DNA of 64,000 nucleotides from Oikopleura dioica. Lineage: Eukaryota > Animalia > Chordata. The DNA lies in NCBI GenBank assembly GCA_907165135.1, contig CAJRAX010000007.1, positions 67,585 through 131,584 of the forward strand. The letters are read 5' to 3'. The notes under the pieces were generated by a model that ran no database searches, was not told where the DNA came from, and saw only the letters and a program-made list of their open reading frames with translations. The position numbers and the translations under genes were made by a program. Shown here piece after piece: positions 8,231 to 20,750 of this stretch (position 1 is its first letter; each line of letters begins with the position of its first letter).

Positions 8231-11200
8231 CTAAATGTTTGGCTGAAATAAAAGTCTGTCATTTTCACGAGGATGTTTCGGATGTTTTATAAGCATTTCG
8301 GAATCAATAAATTCAGTCAATAGAGTTTTTGAAGAGAATTGAATTTTACCGAGAGAATAAAATGATGCCAAACATTTAAGTTCTGCAACAGATAAATCTG
8401 ATAGAAAACATTTTTTTTCTAGGCGAAAAAACGCATAGAAACAAGTTTTCACCATTTTTATTCTTATGCAAACGGGGATGATTCTCGTTTATCCAACATT
8501 TAATCCTTGCTATCAATTCGGCTTTATTTTCAGCTGGCGAAAATTCTACACCTAATTTTGAAAGAACTACTCAAAGAGATTCTTTTGGTACGTCTTTTTG
8601 ATTTAACACGCAGCCATTACCGATTATCGAATTATATTTATATTCTGTAAATCTTTCGATTTTTTCAAAAAGATCTGGATGCTCATTTTCAAGTATTACA
8701 TGCAGGGTGAGATCATTAAAATCGATCATGTGATGATCTTGTGGGTTAAGTTGTTTTTTTGATAATTCTAACAATTCCCCCGGTAATTTGAGTAAATCGA
8801 TTGTTAAAAAATCTGCCTCAGCCCGCAAATTCTCGTCCTCAGCCATTTCCTTTCCAAGATTTTTTTTATGTTTAAGCCTAACTAGTGGATCTGTTTGATT
8901 TATCCTAGGAGTTTCGAAGGTATCATCAGAAGAAAATTCATAATTTTCATAATTGCCTTTTTTTTGAAATCTGCTGATCAGGCTCAGAATTATCCGAGTT
9001 TTCTCGTTGTCTCTTTCCAAAAGGTTTGGAGCTTTCAAGTTCAGATAAACACAATTTATCATATGATGTTAAATCTCTATCGGAAACCTGGACACTACTT
9101 TCGTTATTATCTAACTCATTAGTCTCTATATTATCATCTCCACTCCCGAGAATAGGATTATTACCATTTGCTGACGCGATTATTTCAAGCTCAGAATTTT
9201 CTAAGGTTTCAGTCAAATCTAAAATTTGTGGATTCAGGTCGGAGGGGACAACATTCCCAAGCATCGAATTTTCAGATCCACCCTGAATCTCTCTCCCGTT
9301 GATTGAATCATTATCCGATGTATAATGGTCCGAACTATGATCTAAATTACTCGATACGCTTAGCGAATGATTGACCCTATTGATCTCTCTTCCATACTGA
9401 TAAATAAAATTTTCTGATAGCATTGAATCTAAAGACATCTCATTGAATCCCGAATCAGAATGAATCATCGAATCCTTGTTTCCAGGGTTAGAATTTGAGA
9501 GAAAATCATTGTTATTTTCCGACAAACAAGGGATCTCTTTCCGTTCATTGAAAACTCGAAGATCATCTGCATGTCTTCTAAAAATTTTTCCTGATGATTC
9601 CTCCTGAACAACAAATGTTGTTGCCGTTTTCTCTGTAACAATAAATGGTCCCAAAAACGGAGGTGATTTGGAGCGAAAATTTCTGATTAAAACTTTATCA
9701 CCAATAGCGTATTCTCGATAATTATTATTTTGAAATTTTTGACATCGCAGTCGTTTCTCGTTATCAATTAATTTTTTAATTTCCTGAAAATCAAAATGAT
9801 TTGCTTGCATATATTCTCTCCAATTCGAATCATGAAAAGTGTGAGGATTTTTTATTCCATTCTCAATCGAAAAAGGACTCAACTTAGTGACTGAATGTTG
9901 TGAGCTATTTATCTCATGTAATATTTCAAAAATATATTGATCCCAATTAATAAACGCGCAACGAGCTTTCAATCTATTTTTGATGGTTCTATTAGCGTTC
10001 TCGCAAGCTCCATTCGTCGAAGGATGCCTTGGTGGGCTACGATTCATTTTAATACCATTCTTTTTGCAAAAATCATCAATCTTGCAGAATTCTGGAGCAT
10101 TATCAAATAAAACTAAGCGCGGGAATAAAGGATTTCTAAAAATAATTGCCTTGAATTTTTCTAAAAGAATGTCAGATTTTTTAGAATTAACCGGCTCCGC
10201 GTATATCTTTTTCGAGAAAAATCAACAGCTGTAAAAGCATAAATGTTTCCCGAATCAGTTATTCTAAGGGGGCCAATCATATCAAATCCCAATTCTTGCC
10301 AAGGGCCAGATGGTGTGGGAAAGGTTTTTACAGGCGCTTTGTTTGGATGAGTATTTGTTTTATGTATTTGGCAAAAAGGACATGACTTTATATAGTCCGC
10401 GATTGAATTTTTCATTTTACTCCAAAAATATTTCCTAGCGATTTTAGAAAAAGTTATTTCCGTGCCCAAATGACATGAATCATGGTACTCCTTGATTATT
10501 TCTTTCTGCATTATTTCTGGAACGCAAATTCTAAAACTACCTTCTGATTTAAGTGCTAACTCCCCAGAATCAAGAAAAAACAATTCCTTCCGGAAAAGAG
10601 AAAAGAGGGAGATTTCTTGAGACGGTTTGTTCGGCCAACGATCTAGTCGAACAAAAGCACGAATGTCTTTCAAAACTGGATCTAACTTTTGCATTTCTAA
10701 AAATTGTGCTTTGTCAATTTTCAACTGGGAAATTCTCGAATTTCTTGACAAACAGTCAGATATTTTCATCTGACTAGACTTTTTATGAATAATTTGAAAA
10801 TCAAACGACATTAGATCTGCCATCCACCTTTGAAGTCGTGAATTATTTGTCCGAAACGATTTTACATATTTTAGATTAGCATTGTCCGTCAAAAAATCAA
10901 AACGACGAAATTTTAAGAAAACCGACCATTTATCCATACTTAAACGAGCCGCAAGCATCTCTTTTTCGAGGGTTGTATATTTTATTTGAGACTCTGAAAA
11001 ATTTCCAGAATTATATGCTACTGGCCTCAAACAATTTTCATTATGATAATGAGTTTCTCTTGAATCGTCTGAAATACATATATAGAGAACACCGCCGAAT
11101 CCCGTATCAGAACTATCAGTTTCAAGAACGAATTTTCCATTTTCAGGCGGCGCTATCGTTAACTCTAGGGCTTTATCAGTAATTTCCTCCTTAAGATTTT

Positions 11201-12946
11201 CAAGAGCTACAGTCGCTTCACGACTCCATTTAAATTGTCCCCTGTACGTTTGAGTTATAGCTTTCGCCTTTTCTGCAAAATTTGGAATGAATTTTCGATG
11301 AAAATTGAGCATGCCAAAAACAGACATCGCCTCCGTTTTATTTTTAGGACAATTTAGATTTTTTATAGCTTCCACTCTAGATTGAGAAGGTCTAACTTTA
11401 CCATTTTTTAAATTAAACCCGCAGAAATCCAATTCGGAATCAAAAAACTTACACTTTCGGGCATTCAATCGCAAATTATTCTTTGCAAGCGCAATAAAAA
11501 ATTTTCGAAGACTCAAAAGATGCTCTGCTTCCGTTTTACTATGAACCGCCAAATCATCCATGTACGCAATAACTTCCGTCTTTGCGATTCCTTCTAGCGC
11601 TTTATCAACAAATAACATAAAAAATGAAGGAGCATTTTTAACGCCCATAGGCATTCTCAAAAAACGAAATTGTCCAAATTCACAAGTAAAACTTGTTTTA
11701 TCGGCTGTTTCTGGGCAATTTTTGATTTGATGATATCCTTTATACAAATCAGTACTCGAAAAAATTTTGCTCCCGTGCATATACGAAATTGAATCTTCTA
11801 ATGACGGTAATGGGTAGTGATACTGTAATGTTGCCTCATTTAGCTTTCTGTAGTCAATAACCAATCGATAAGAACCATCCTTTTTCGCTACCAAAAGGCA
11901 AGGCGAGCTCCAAACCGAGATACATTGCTCGATAACCTTGTTCCCTTCATAATTTTCAAGAATCTTTTTCAAAGTTGGTCTTAACGCAAAAGCGGTTCGA
12001 TAGGGCTGTGAAGAGACAGGCTTATCATCAACAGTATCTATTCTAAATTCTGCTATAGAGCAAGCTGGTATAAAATCTCCTTCTTCCAGAAAAAGAAAAC
12101 TGAATTCTTCTACCATTTTATCGAAAATTTCTTGTGATTCTGGTGACATTTTTCCTGTTTTAATTTCCTTACGAATCTTTTGATTGTTTCCGTTTTTATT
12201 TGAGCAACGCTAAAGGCTTCAACTAAATTGACCATTTTTGTGCCTTTCTCAAGTCTTATACTACAATCAGAAGAATTAACAACAAGTAATCGATACACAG
12301 GTGATTCTAAAGATACTTCCTGTAAGGAGGGAATCAACTCAAGCTTCGAATTTTTAAGACAGGAATCTTCAAAAAATAAGGGTGCATTTTTTTGTAAATT
12401 CATGACATCCAAGTCAACAAGCATCTCTGTTTTAGGTCGAAATGTAAGGGTGTTTCGTAAAACCCCATAACAGTTTGATTCTGATTTATTTTCAAAAAAT
12501 TCAGCATTGATTTTTGAAATATTAGCGAACCTCTCAACAGGCCCACTTTGAATAATTTTCTTTCTCTTCAGATTAATTAATAATTCTAATTCTTCAATAG
12601 CTGCTGATCCTAGAACCGAGTTGTAATTTCCTTCCGTAACATAGAACCGCGCGCGGCCCCAATTATGATCATCAATTATTAAATCAGTCTCAATAAATCC
12701 TAGAACAGAAACGCTTGTATTATTGTATGCGCAAATTTTTATATCATTTTTATGAATTTTTTCTGATTGAGGGACAAGTTCTTTTCCAATCAAATTAATT
12801 TGGGAACCTGTATCAACCAATAATTTTGTATTTTTATTAAAAAGTTTTGCATGAATGAAAAATTGACGACCTACACTATTTACAGAACTAATAAATGAAA
12901 TCGGGCTGATAGTTTGACCATACTCCAACCCGATTATGCGTTTCCC
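8231..12946 (-). CDS. pol: pol of element B (protease, dUTPase-like spacer, RT, RNase H, integrase, C-terminal tandem domain); split by homopolymer indels and one in-frame TGA at 8571-8573
   Basis: LLVDTGS, YMDD, ETDSS..EKE..TDN..SDCLSR, YHDSCH..CPFC, GFDMIG, FDNA, NGACENANR, FLGPF; ORF pieces 12110-12928, 10161-12149, 8947-10047, 8571-9062 and 8231-8455 join by +/-1 changes in A/T runs. Confidence 0.92.
12899..12946 (-). promoter_or_regulatory. -1 ribosomal frameshift signal of B (G_GGA_AAC plus hairpin)
   Basis: Heptamer at 12940-12946 just before the gag TAA; pol is in the -1 frame; downstream AATCGGG/CCCGATT stem. Confidence 0.75.
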
Positions 12947-14176
12947 GATGAATTTTGATTGCCACGAATATTCGGATTATTTTCATGGTTACGATTATGT
13001 GTATTATTCTGATTACGAGGGCAATCTCGCTCAACATGGCCACGGCCACCACAATTGTGACATTGAACAAACCGGCAATTTCGCTTAATATGCCCATATT
13101 TTTTACACAGATTACAGAACACTCGTGGAGAAGAGTTCTGCTGAAAGTTACCCGAAAATGGCCCATTGCTCGAAAAAGGGCTATTGTTTGAGAAAGGACT
13201 ATTGCCAGAGAAGGGGCCAAACATTTGTTGACGATTGCTTCGGTTATTGCTTTGACCAAAATTCTGATTTATCGGGCCATTAAAAGACTCTTGAGCGGCT
13301 TTTGAAAGCTTTGCATTCTCAAGTTTTAGTTCGTTAACTGTAGCAGTAAGATCCCGAATAGCTTCCGCGAATTCTTGGGCCTTCTTATCATGACTTTCTT
13401 GAAGCTTTTGATTGCTCTCGCTGAATGCTTCAAACTGTCTCGATAGCATATCTGACGTGTTATCCATGAAAGAATTCATGCGATCAATATTCACTGCAGA
13501 AACAGTGGTAACCGCGTAACGCTCTCTTTCATCCAAAAATTTTGCTATTTCCGCGGCATTCTGATTATGCATTTTATTATCCTTCAAAAAGCTTAGATTA
13601 ACTGGTTCGATAAATTTCTTGAATTTTGACTCCACGAGAAAATCAACCGCATCTTTCCGAGTATCGATCAATTTTGCAAGAGCTTTCACTCTTTTCAAAA
13701 AACTGCAGAATTTTTCATTGGAATCAACCCGTCGGGCCATATTCTCAAATTCTTGTTCTGCTTTCAATTTTCGCTCTTCCGCCGTTTCTTCGCCAAAAAT
13801 GTCTTTTAAAACTTCAAGAGCTTCCTCGAAATTTTCAGCATTTGCAAGCTGGCGTCCAAATTGACTAAGAAACTCGGCTGAACAAGAATTTCGGAGACAA
13901 TTAACGAGCTTTCGCTCCAATTGCTTATTAAGCTCAGAATCATTCTCACGAGAATGTTCCTTGACCGACCGGTCGAAAAGTGCTCTAAATTGTGAAACTC
14001 GATCTTCCAAATTACTCCTAGCTAGCTCGTATTCATAAAATTTCATCGCCGGGGAAAAGAATTGGGCTTGAGAATTTGGGGGCAAAACAGTCATAAGAAT
14101 TTTTTTCCGGCATATCCGAAATCGATTTTCTCTCAATAATTACCGGTTTTGAATTGCCGTCCTCCGTGGTCTCCAT
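12934..14176 (-). CDS. gag: gag of element B with two CCHC zinc knuckles; true start at 14176 (METTEDGNSK..MPEKILMTVLPP), one extra base in the T run near 14100
   Basis: CNLCKKYGHIKRNC and CHNCGGRGHVERDC; removing one base restores alignment with the D Gag N-terminus (MPEELLFATFP). Confidence 0.9.
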
Positions 14177-15346
14177 TGATACCGACTAAAGAATCTCTCC
14201 CTGCGATGTAAATACTTGCAAGTAAAATTCGAAAATAATTTTTTGCTTTTTCGTGGATTTATTTGGAAACGTGAATGATTTTCAAAATTTCAAATTTTTG
14301 AAGAATAGTATTTTTAAACCGGTTGGTTCCGGATTTTCCATTGTTCCGTCGATGGCGCCATTACGGGCCTTTGTGCTTCTTACATAATCAATTGATGCCA
14401 ATTTTTATCTTTTTACGTAACGGTTAATAAATAGACAGTTACATAACTATGTTACGTTTCTTTTCATTTTTTTCATTTTTGTTGATTTCTTGCCACATGT
14501 GGCGCTTTTTCCCAGTTATGAAAAATAAGAGCTTCTCACTATGTGACCACTCATATTTTTCATAATTAGCAAAGTTGTCGTTTTTGTCAAAGTCCGTTGT
14601 CCATGTCCAGTGTCAGTCCAAGCCAGTCCGTTGTCCGTGTTGTAGTTGAAGTTGTTGAAGAAGAAGTTGTCGCCATCGCCGGTCCATTGTGTAGCCATGA
14701 TTTCTGTTAATTGGTCAAGTTAACTAGAAAACGCAGCCGTAACAGCTCATCAACGATTTTGATTACCTGGGAGCGCTTATGACCACGGTTTACCGGTTTG
14801 GGATATTCTGCCCGCGGTTACTTTGTGATCAGCCCTTACGGGAAGCTCAGCCAGTAAGAATCTGTGTTCCAACTTTTCCGTCGTTGTCGAAGCCATTTGA
14901 GATCATCCTTCAGTCGTTGATTTTGACACAGAATAATTAATAAAATCAAGAAATTTTCCGAAAGACACAAGTTAACTTTGAAATCATAGAAGAAGGCTAA
15001 TATTGTTTTCTGAAAGAAATTTATTTCTTTCCGATTTTTGAAAACATAAATATCCTAAAACAGTTAATAATAAAACCTTTTAAAAGCCCTTGACAGTAAG
15101 ACTTTTAAAAGGCGCGGCTAATGTGCCTTTGAGTAAATATAATCGACGCGTACGTAGACACAATCCTAAAGGTATAAAGACTCTTTATAACCTTTGCCCT
15201 GACTATTCTACTTAGACCCTGATTCAAAGTAAATTTGAACCATAAGAAACTGATTTGGCTCGTAAGATCATTATAATTCTAGTAGGATATTTTAATTTTG
15301 GCCGTGAAATATTTTTTTTTTGGACCGTTCTCCTCATTAGGTATCA
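14177..15346 (-). repeat. 5' LTR of element B
   Basis: Direct repeat of 6998-8167; followed on the minus strand by ATGGAGACCACGG. Confidence 0.96.
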
Positions 15347-18054
15347 ATTTCTATGAACTGTTAATCATCTGAAAACGCCAAAAAACGCATCAGAATTTTT
15401 TTTAATTTTTTTTTGTATTTTTATGAACTGTTAATCATCTAAAAACGCCAAAAAACGCATCAGAATTTTTCTTAATTTTTTTAATTTCTATTAATTTTTT
15501 ATTTTTATGAATTGTAAATCATCTAATACGGCAAAAAACGCATCAGAATTTTTCACAATTTTTTTGTTTATTTCTATGAACTGTAAATCATCTGAAAACG
15601 CTCAAAATGGCATCAGAATTTTTCTTTATTTTTTTATTATTTTTATGAACTGTAAATCATCTGAAAACGCAAAAAAACGCATCAGAATTTTTCTTAATTT
15701 TTTTTTTTTATTATTTTTATGAACTGTAAATTATCTGAAAACGCCAAAAAACGCATCAGAATTTTTCTTAATTTTTTTATTATTTTTATGAACTGTAAAT
15801 CATCTGAAAACGCAAAAAACGCATCAGAATTTTTATTTATTTATTTTTATTTTTATGAACTGTAAATCATCTGAAAACGCCAAAAAAAAACGCATCAGAA
15901 TTTTTCTTAATTTTTTTCGATTTTTTTGAACTGTAAATTATCTGAAAACGCCAAAAACGCATCAGAATTTTTTAATTTTTTATTTTTATGAATTGTAAAT
16001 CATCTGAAAACGCCAAAAACGCATCAGAATTTTTTAATTTTTTTATTTTTATGAATTGTTCATCATCTGAAAACGCGAAAAAACGCATCAGAATTTTTCT
16101 TAATTTTTTTTGATTTTTTGAACTGTTAATTATCTAAAAACGCCAAAAAACGCATCAGAAATTTTTTTTAATTTTTGTTTTTATTTTTTTGACTTGTAAA
16201 TTATCTGAAAACGCCAAAAAACGCATCAGAATTTTTTTTTAATTTTTTTTTTTTTGAACTGTAAATTATCTGAAAACGCAAAAAACGCATCAGAATTTCT
16301 TTTTTTTTTTTTATGAACTGTAAATAATCTGAAAACGCCAAAAACGCATCAGAATTTTTTTAATTTTTTATTTTGATGAATTGTAAATCATCTGAAAACG
16401 CCAAAAAACGCATCAGAATTTTTTTATTTTTTATTTTAATGAACTGTAAATCATCTGAAAACGCCAAAAAACGCATCAGAATTTTTCTATATTTTTTTTT
16501 ATATTTTTATGAACTGTAAATCATCTGAAAACGCCAAAAAACGCATCAGAATTTTTTTTAATTTTTTTTTTTATTTTTATGAATTGTAAATCATCTAAAA
16601 ACGCCAAAAAATGCATAAGAATTTTGATAATTTTTTTTTTATTTTTATGAACTGTTAATCATCTGTAAACGCCAAAAAACGCATCAGAATTTTTTAAATT
16701 TTTTATTTTTATGAACTGTAAATCATCTGAAAACGCCAAAAACGCATCAGAATTTTTCTTAATTTTTTCGATTTTTTGAACTGTAAATTATCTGAAAACG
16801 CCAAAAACGCATCAGAATTTTTTAATTTTTTATTTTTATGAACTGTTAATCATCTGAAAACGCCAAAAAACGCATCAGAATTTTTCTTAATTTTTTCGAT
16901 TTTTTGAACTGTAAATTATCTGAAAACGCCAAAAAACGCATCAGAATTTTTTTTTATTTTTTTTTTATTTATTTGAACTGTAAATCATCTGAAAACGCCA
17001 AAAACGCATCAGAATTTTTCTTAATTTTTTCGATTTTTTGAACTGTAAATCATCTGAAAACGCCAAAAAACGCATCAGAATTTTTCTTTATTTTTTTTAT
17101 ATTTTTAAGAATTGTAAACCATCTGAAAACGCCAAAAAACGCATCAGAATTTATATTTATTTTTTCTTTATTTTTATGAACTGTAAATCATCTGAAAACG
17201 CAAAAAACGCATCAGAATTTTTATTTTTTATTTTTATGAACTGTAAATCATCTTAAAACGCAAAAAACGCATCAGAATTTTTTTTTTTTTTATTTTTATG
17301 AACTGTAAATTATCTGAAAACGCCAAAAAACGCATCAGAATTTTTTTTAATTTTTTATTATTTTTATGAACTGTTAATCATCTAAAAACGCCAAAAAACG
17401 CATCAGAATTTTTCTTAATTTTTTTCGATTTTTTTAAACTGTCAATTATCTGAAAACGCCAAAAAATGCATCAGAATTTTTATTAATTTTTTTTTACTTT
17501 TATGAATTGTAAATCATCTAATACGGCAAAAAACGCATCAGAATTTTTCTCAATTTCTTTATTATTTTTATGAACTGTAAATCATCTGAAAACGCAAAAC
17601 AACGCATCAGAATTTTGATTAATTTTTTTTTTTTTTATGAACTGTAAATCATCTGAAAACGCCAAAAAACGCATCAGAATTTTTTTTTTTTTTTTTTTTT
17701 TTGAATTGTAAATCATCTGAAAACGCCAAAAAACGCATCAGAATTTTTCTTAATTTTTTCGATTTTTTGAACTGTAAATTATCTGAAAACGCCAAAAACG
17801 CATCAGAATTTTTTTATTTTTTATTTATTTGAACTGTAAATCATCTGAAAACGCCAAAAAACGCATCAGAATTTTTCTTAATTTTTTTCGATTTTTTTGA
17901 ACTGTAAATCATCTGAAAACGCCAAAAAACGCATCAGAATTTTTCTTAATTTTTTTCGATTTTTTTGAACTGTAAATCATCTGAAAACGCCAAAAAACGC
18001 ATCAGAATTTTTCTTTATTTTTTTTATATTTTTAAGAATTGTAAACCATCTGAA
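15347..18054 (+). repeat. Satellite I array, forward
   Basis: Same unit as 3367-6997. Confidence 0.97.
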
Positions 18055-19460
18055 TGATACAATAGTGAAAAAATAAGGATAAAAAAAAAATTAATTCTAT
18101 AATTCTTTTCACGGTTAAAATAAACTTCAAAGCCAGTCTCAAGATACTCTCCCCAAAAGTCACGATACTGTAAAAAGATAGCGTTTAATATCGCTCAAAC
18201 CTTCTCCTCACGGTCAAATCATAATTCACTTGTAAATGATATGCTTGCGCTCATACGTTCAATCAGTGCTAGAACCATTATTGAACCTCTATGACAAGCG
18301 AGCTATCGATCGTTGGCTCTTCTGGAAAATGCTCTCATTATTTCAATCGGTTCGGGATTAAAATAAGCGGTTCTTCAGTCTAGGCATAATTTACACGTAC
18401 GCGTGTGTTGATAAAAACTGTACATATTATTCGGTAACTATTTCATCCTAGCCGCTTATTCCCATTGTTTTATTGCTTCAAAAATTTCAAAATTGCTCTC
18501 ATCTGCATGAAAAAATCCGTTTTGCATGATCCAAATTTCATATTGAATATGCTCTTTATTATTATTCGAGAATAATTATTGCGCGCATGATTATTAAATT
18601 CGCATTTATTCGCTCAATTATAATCCCTCGCTGTTCGAGGATTTATTCTCTTGATTCTAGTCTCATTACTGCACGATCTGACGACAACAACGACGAATGC
18701 GAGTTCTACCGCCTCGCCAACTCTTCAAAGACGACTTCAAAAGGCACTCCTGGGCGAGCCGGATGGCAAGCTTCTACAGCTGCAGATACTGGAGATCTTC
18801 GAGGTTCCTTATCTCCGATAAGGCTTGACGCAAAGTAATGAGTCCAATGAACCGCGTCAGTAACTGCCCGAAGGTGAGCCGAAGTACTTTTTCATATTTA
18901 TACGCATTTATTTTAATCTGTAATAATCTTTTAATTTAACTGTAATGCTTAATTTATTTGTTCTCTCTTTTCTCGTTGTTATAATGATTAACTGGCCTAA
19001 TTATTATAATCATCTTTATTTGTGCTTTTTATTTACTTTGTTTTAAAATCTTTTCTATAATCCTGGAACGACTCAGCAGCGCAATACGCTTATTGGCGCC
19101 TTTAAACCCTTCACCTGTTCGCTCTTTAAAACGAAAAATTGCTTCGAGAACCCGGCTCAAGCTCAAGAAAAATGATCTGAAAAGATCGCAAAAATATTCA
19201 TCCGGATGAACTTCAGCGAACTGTTTATTTTCAATTCATGAAAATCATGCTTTATTTGCGTGCGCCTATTATTATGTTTTTGTTTACGAATTGCAGCTGC
19301 GCTAAAAGATGCATTTCGCTCACCGCCAAAATATCCTCAGACTTACAATAAACTCCCAACAAGCGAAAGCTTTCAATTTTTATCGAATTATTTGCAGGGA
19401 AAATTAATTAGTGTTAGAAAAATTTTAATTGCAATCAACGAAGAGACCTCGATTGTATCA
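18055..19460 (+). repeat. LTR 1 of C (TGATACAAT...ATTGTATCA, 9-bp terminal inverted repeat)
   Basis: Repeated at 25636, 33224, 54828 (inverted) and 60543 (truncated). Confidence 0.96.
18801..18879 (+). ncRNA. Putative structured RNA element in LTR C, ending AAG|GTGAGC
   Basis: Hairpin CCTTATC-TCC-GATAAGG, stem TGACGC/GCGTCA, AGTA/GAA internal loop. Confidence 0.6.
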
Positions 19461-20709
19461 TGGCGAGCACAGAGACCACGAACCCACAACAGAAGCCACC
19501 AAATTGTAAGTCCCCGGTAGAATGGTTAAATAGCTCAACCCTTTTCTGTGTCGCCCCAGGGCAGAAATTTCTGAAAGATATGAAATTTTTTGAAATGTCT
19601 CTCTTGAAGGAAGAAATCTCTGACCGGATAAATAGAGCAAAATGGATCTTTGAATCGTCGATAAAAGCCCATTCTCCTGATAATAAGACAGAGCTTTTGC
19701 GACAGTTTGAGAGACAAGCAGGTTCTTTTATCATGAGTTGCTGCGGGATCAAGTTCTTTCAGGAGCACGGCGAGGAAATTTCTTGCCTTGAGTCGGCACA
19801 AGAAAAATTAGAATTTATTACCGGTTTTTTTCGAAGAAGAATCGCCTGAAATAAGAGTCCAAAGAGCTAAAGAGAAACTCGAATCTCTCGTGCGCCGTAT
19901 CGACTCATCTGAAAGTTTTGCTTCATTTTATAAAAGGATAAAAGCGTGCGCGGCTCTTATTTCAAGCGAAAAAATCGCCCAAGATTATATAATATAATAT
20001 AATTTATATTGCTTCAGAAAAATTTAAGGGTAGCATTTCACCGGATAACGCATCGTTTTTACGGGATAATTTAAAAATGAAGGAGTCATGTGAGGCTATC
20101 GCACAATTTTTGGACAGTAGAGGGCGCCACGTGAAACCGAAACCTACAGCCGATATCGCCCAAATTCAAGTTGAGAGTCAGATTTCAAAGTTGATGGATA
20201 ACCAGGCAGTCCTTATCGCCAAACAAGCCAAAAATTTTGAATCAGCTGTTCAAGCCATCGAGGCTCGCGCAGAGAAAAATACAGCGGAATTACTTGACCA
20301 GATTAAAAATTTGACTTCTGAAATCTGTGCGCTCAAAATCGAAAAGCCTTCTTTTTTGCCTTCACAAGGGTTTCATCCTCAAAATCGTTTTATTGCCCCA
20401 AATCAAGGCCCATTCCAACCTCAATTTACTAACCCGAGTCCCCCCTTTTTCCGGCCGCGCAACCCCTACGCTCAGCAACGCTTTCCGGCCGGCCAGGGCC
20501 AACAAGGTCCCCGCCCTTCTATCGCTAGATATTGCCGCTTTTGTCAGACAAACGATCATTTCCGCAGTAATTGCCCTTATGTTACTTGCTTCGGATGTAA
20601 TCAAAAAGGCCACATGCAAAATAATTGCCCTCTCAATAACGGTCAAGCTCAAAACGCGCCTCAGCCCCGTTTTTCTGCCCCACAAGGTCCAAGAGCTTCT
20701 TTAAACTAA
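19460..20709 (+). pseudogene. gag: gag of C copy 1, interrupted by an (ATAAT)n insertion with stop near 19985-20005 and a T-run indel near 19830
   Basis: MASTET start; two CCHC knuckles (CRFCQTNDHFRSNC, CFGCNQKGHMQNNC); the insertion is shared with copy 2. Confidence 0.85.
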
Positions 20710-20750
20710 ATAATGGTAGCCATTTAGGCCAGAATGAACTACCAATTATT
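20700..20750 (+). promoter_or_regulatory. -1 frameshift signal of C (T_TTA_AAC plus hairpin; second copy at 28284-28334)
   Basis: Heptamer abuts the gag TAA; the -1 frame reads LNNGSHLG..FLVDTGS; stem AATAATGGTAG/CTACCAATTATT. Confidence 0.75.

Larger units (their letters stand above)
6998..15346 (-). mobile_element. Full-length Ty3/gypsy element B with 5-bp TSD ATTTC
   Basis: Two ~1170-bp LTRs differing at only a few sites; gag and PR-RT-RH-IN on the minus strand; ATTTC at 6993-6997 and 15347-15351. Confidence 0.96.

Noticed and set aside
15507-17256. Small ORFs such as MNCKSSENAKKRIRIF (also at 35844, 36284, 37854, 39292-40316, 42496, 51752)
   Set aside because: Translations of the satellite unit with no independent coding evidence.
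18587-18838. 83-aa ORF MIIKFAFIRS and 86-aa ORF MRLLLCFCLR repeated in each C LTR
   Set aside because: They recur only because the LTR is repeated; no counterpart in the A, B, D or E LTRs and no recognisable motif.
18801-18879. Assigning the LTR structure to hammerhead, HDV-like, twister, pistol or hairpin ribozymes
   Set aside because: Required cores (CUGANGA/GAAA, nested P1.1 pseudoknot with catalytic C, etc.) could not be placed consistently in all five families on either strand; left as an unassigned structure.
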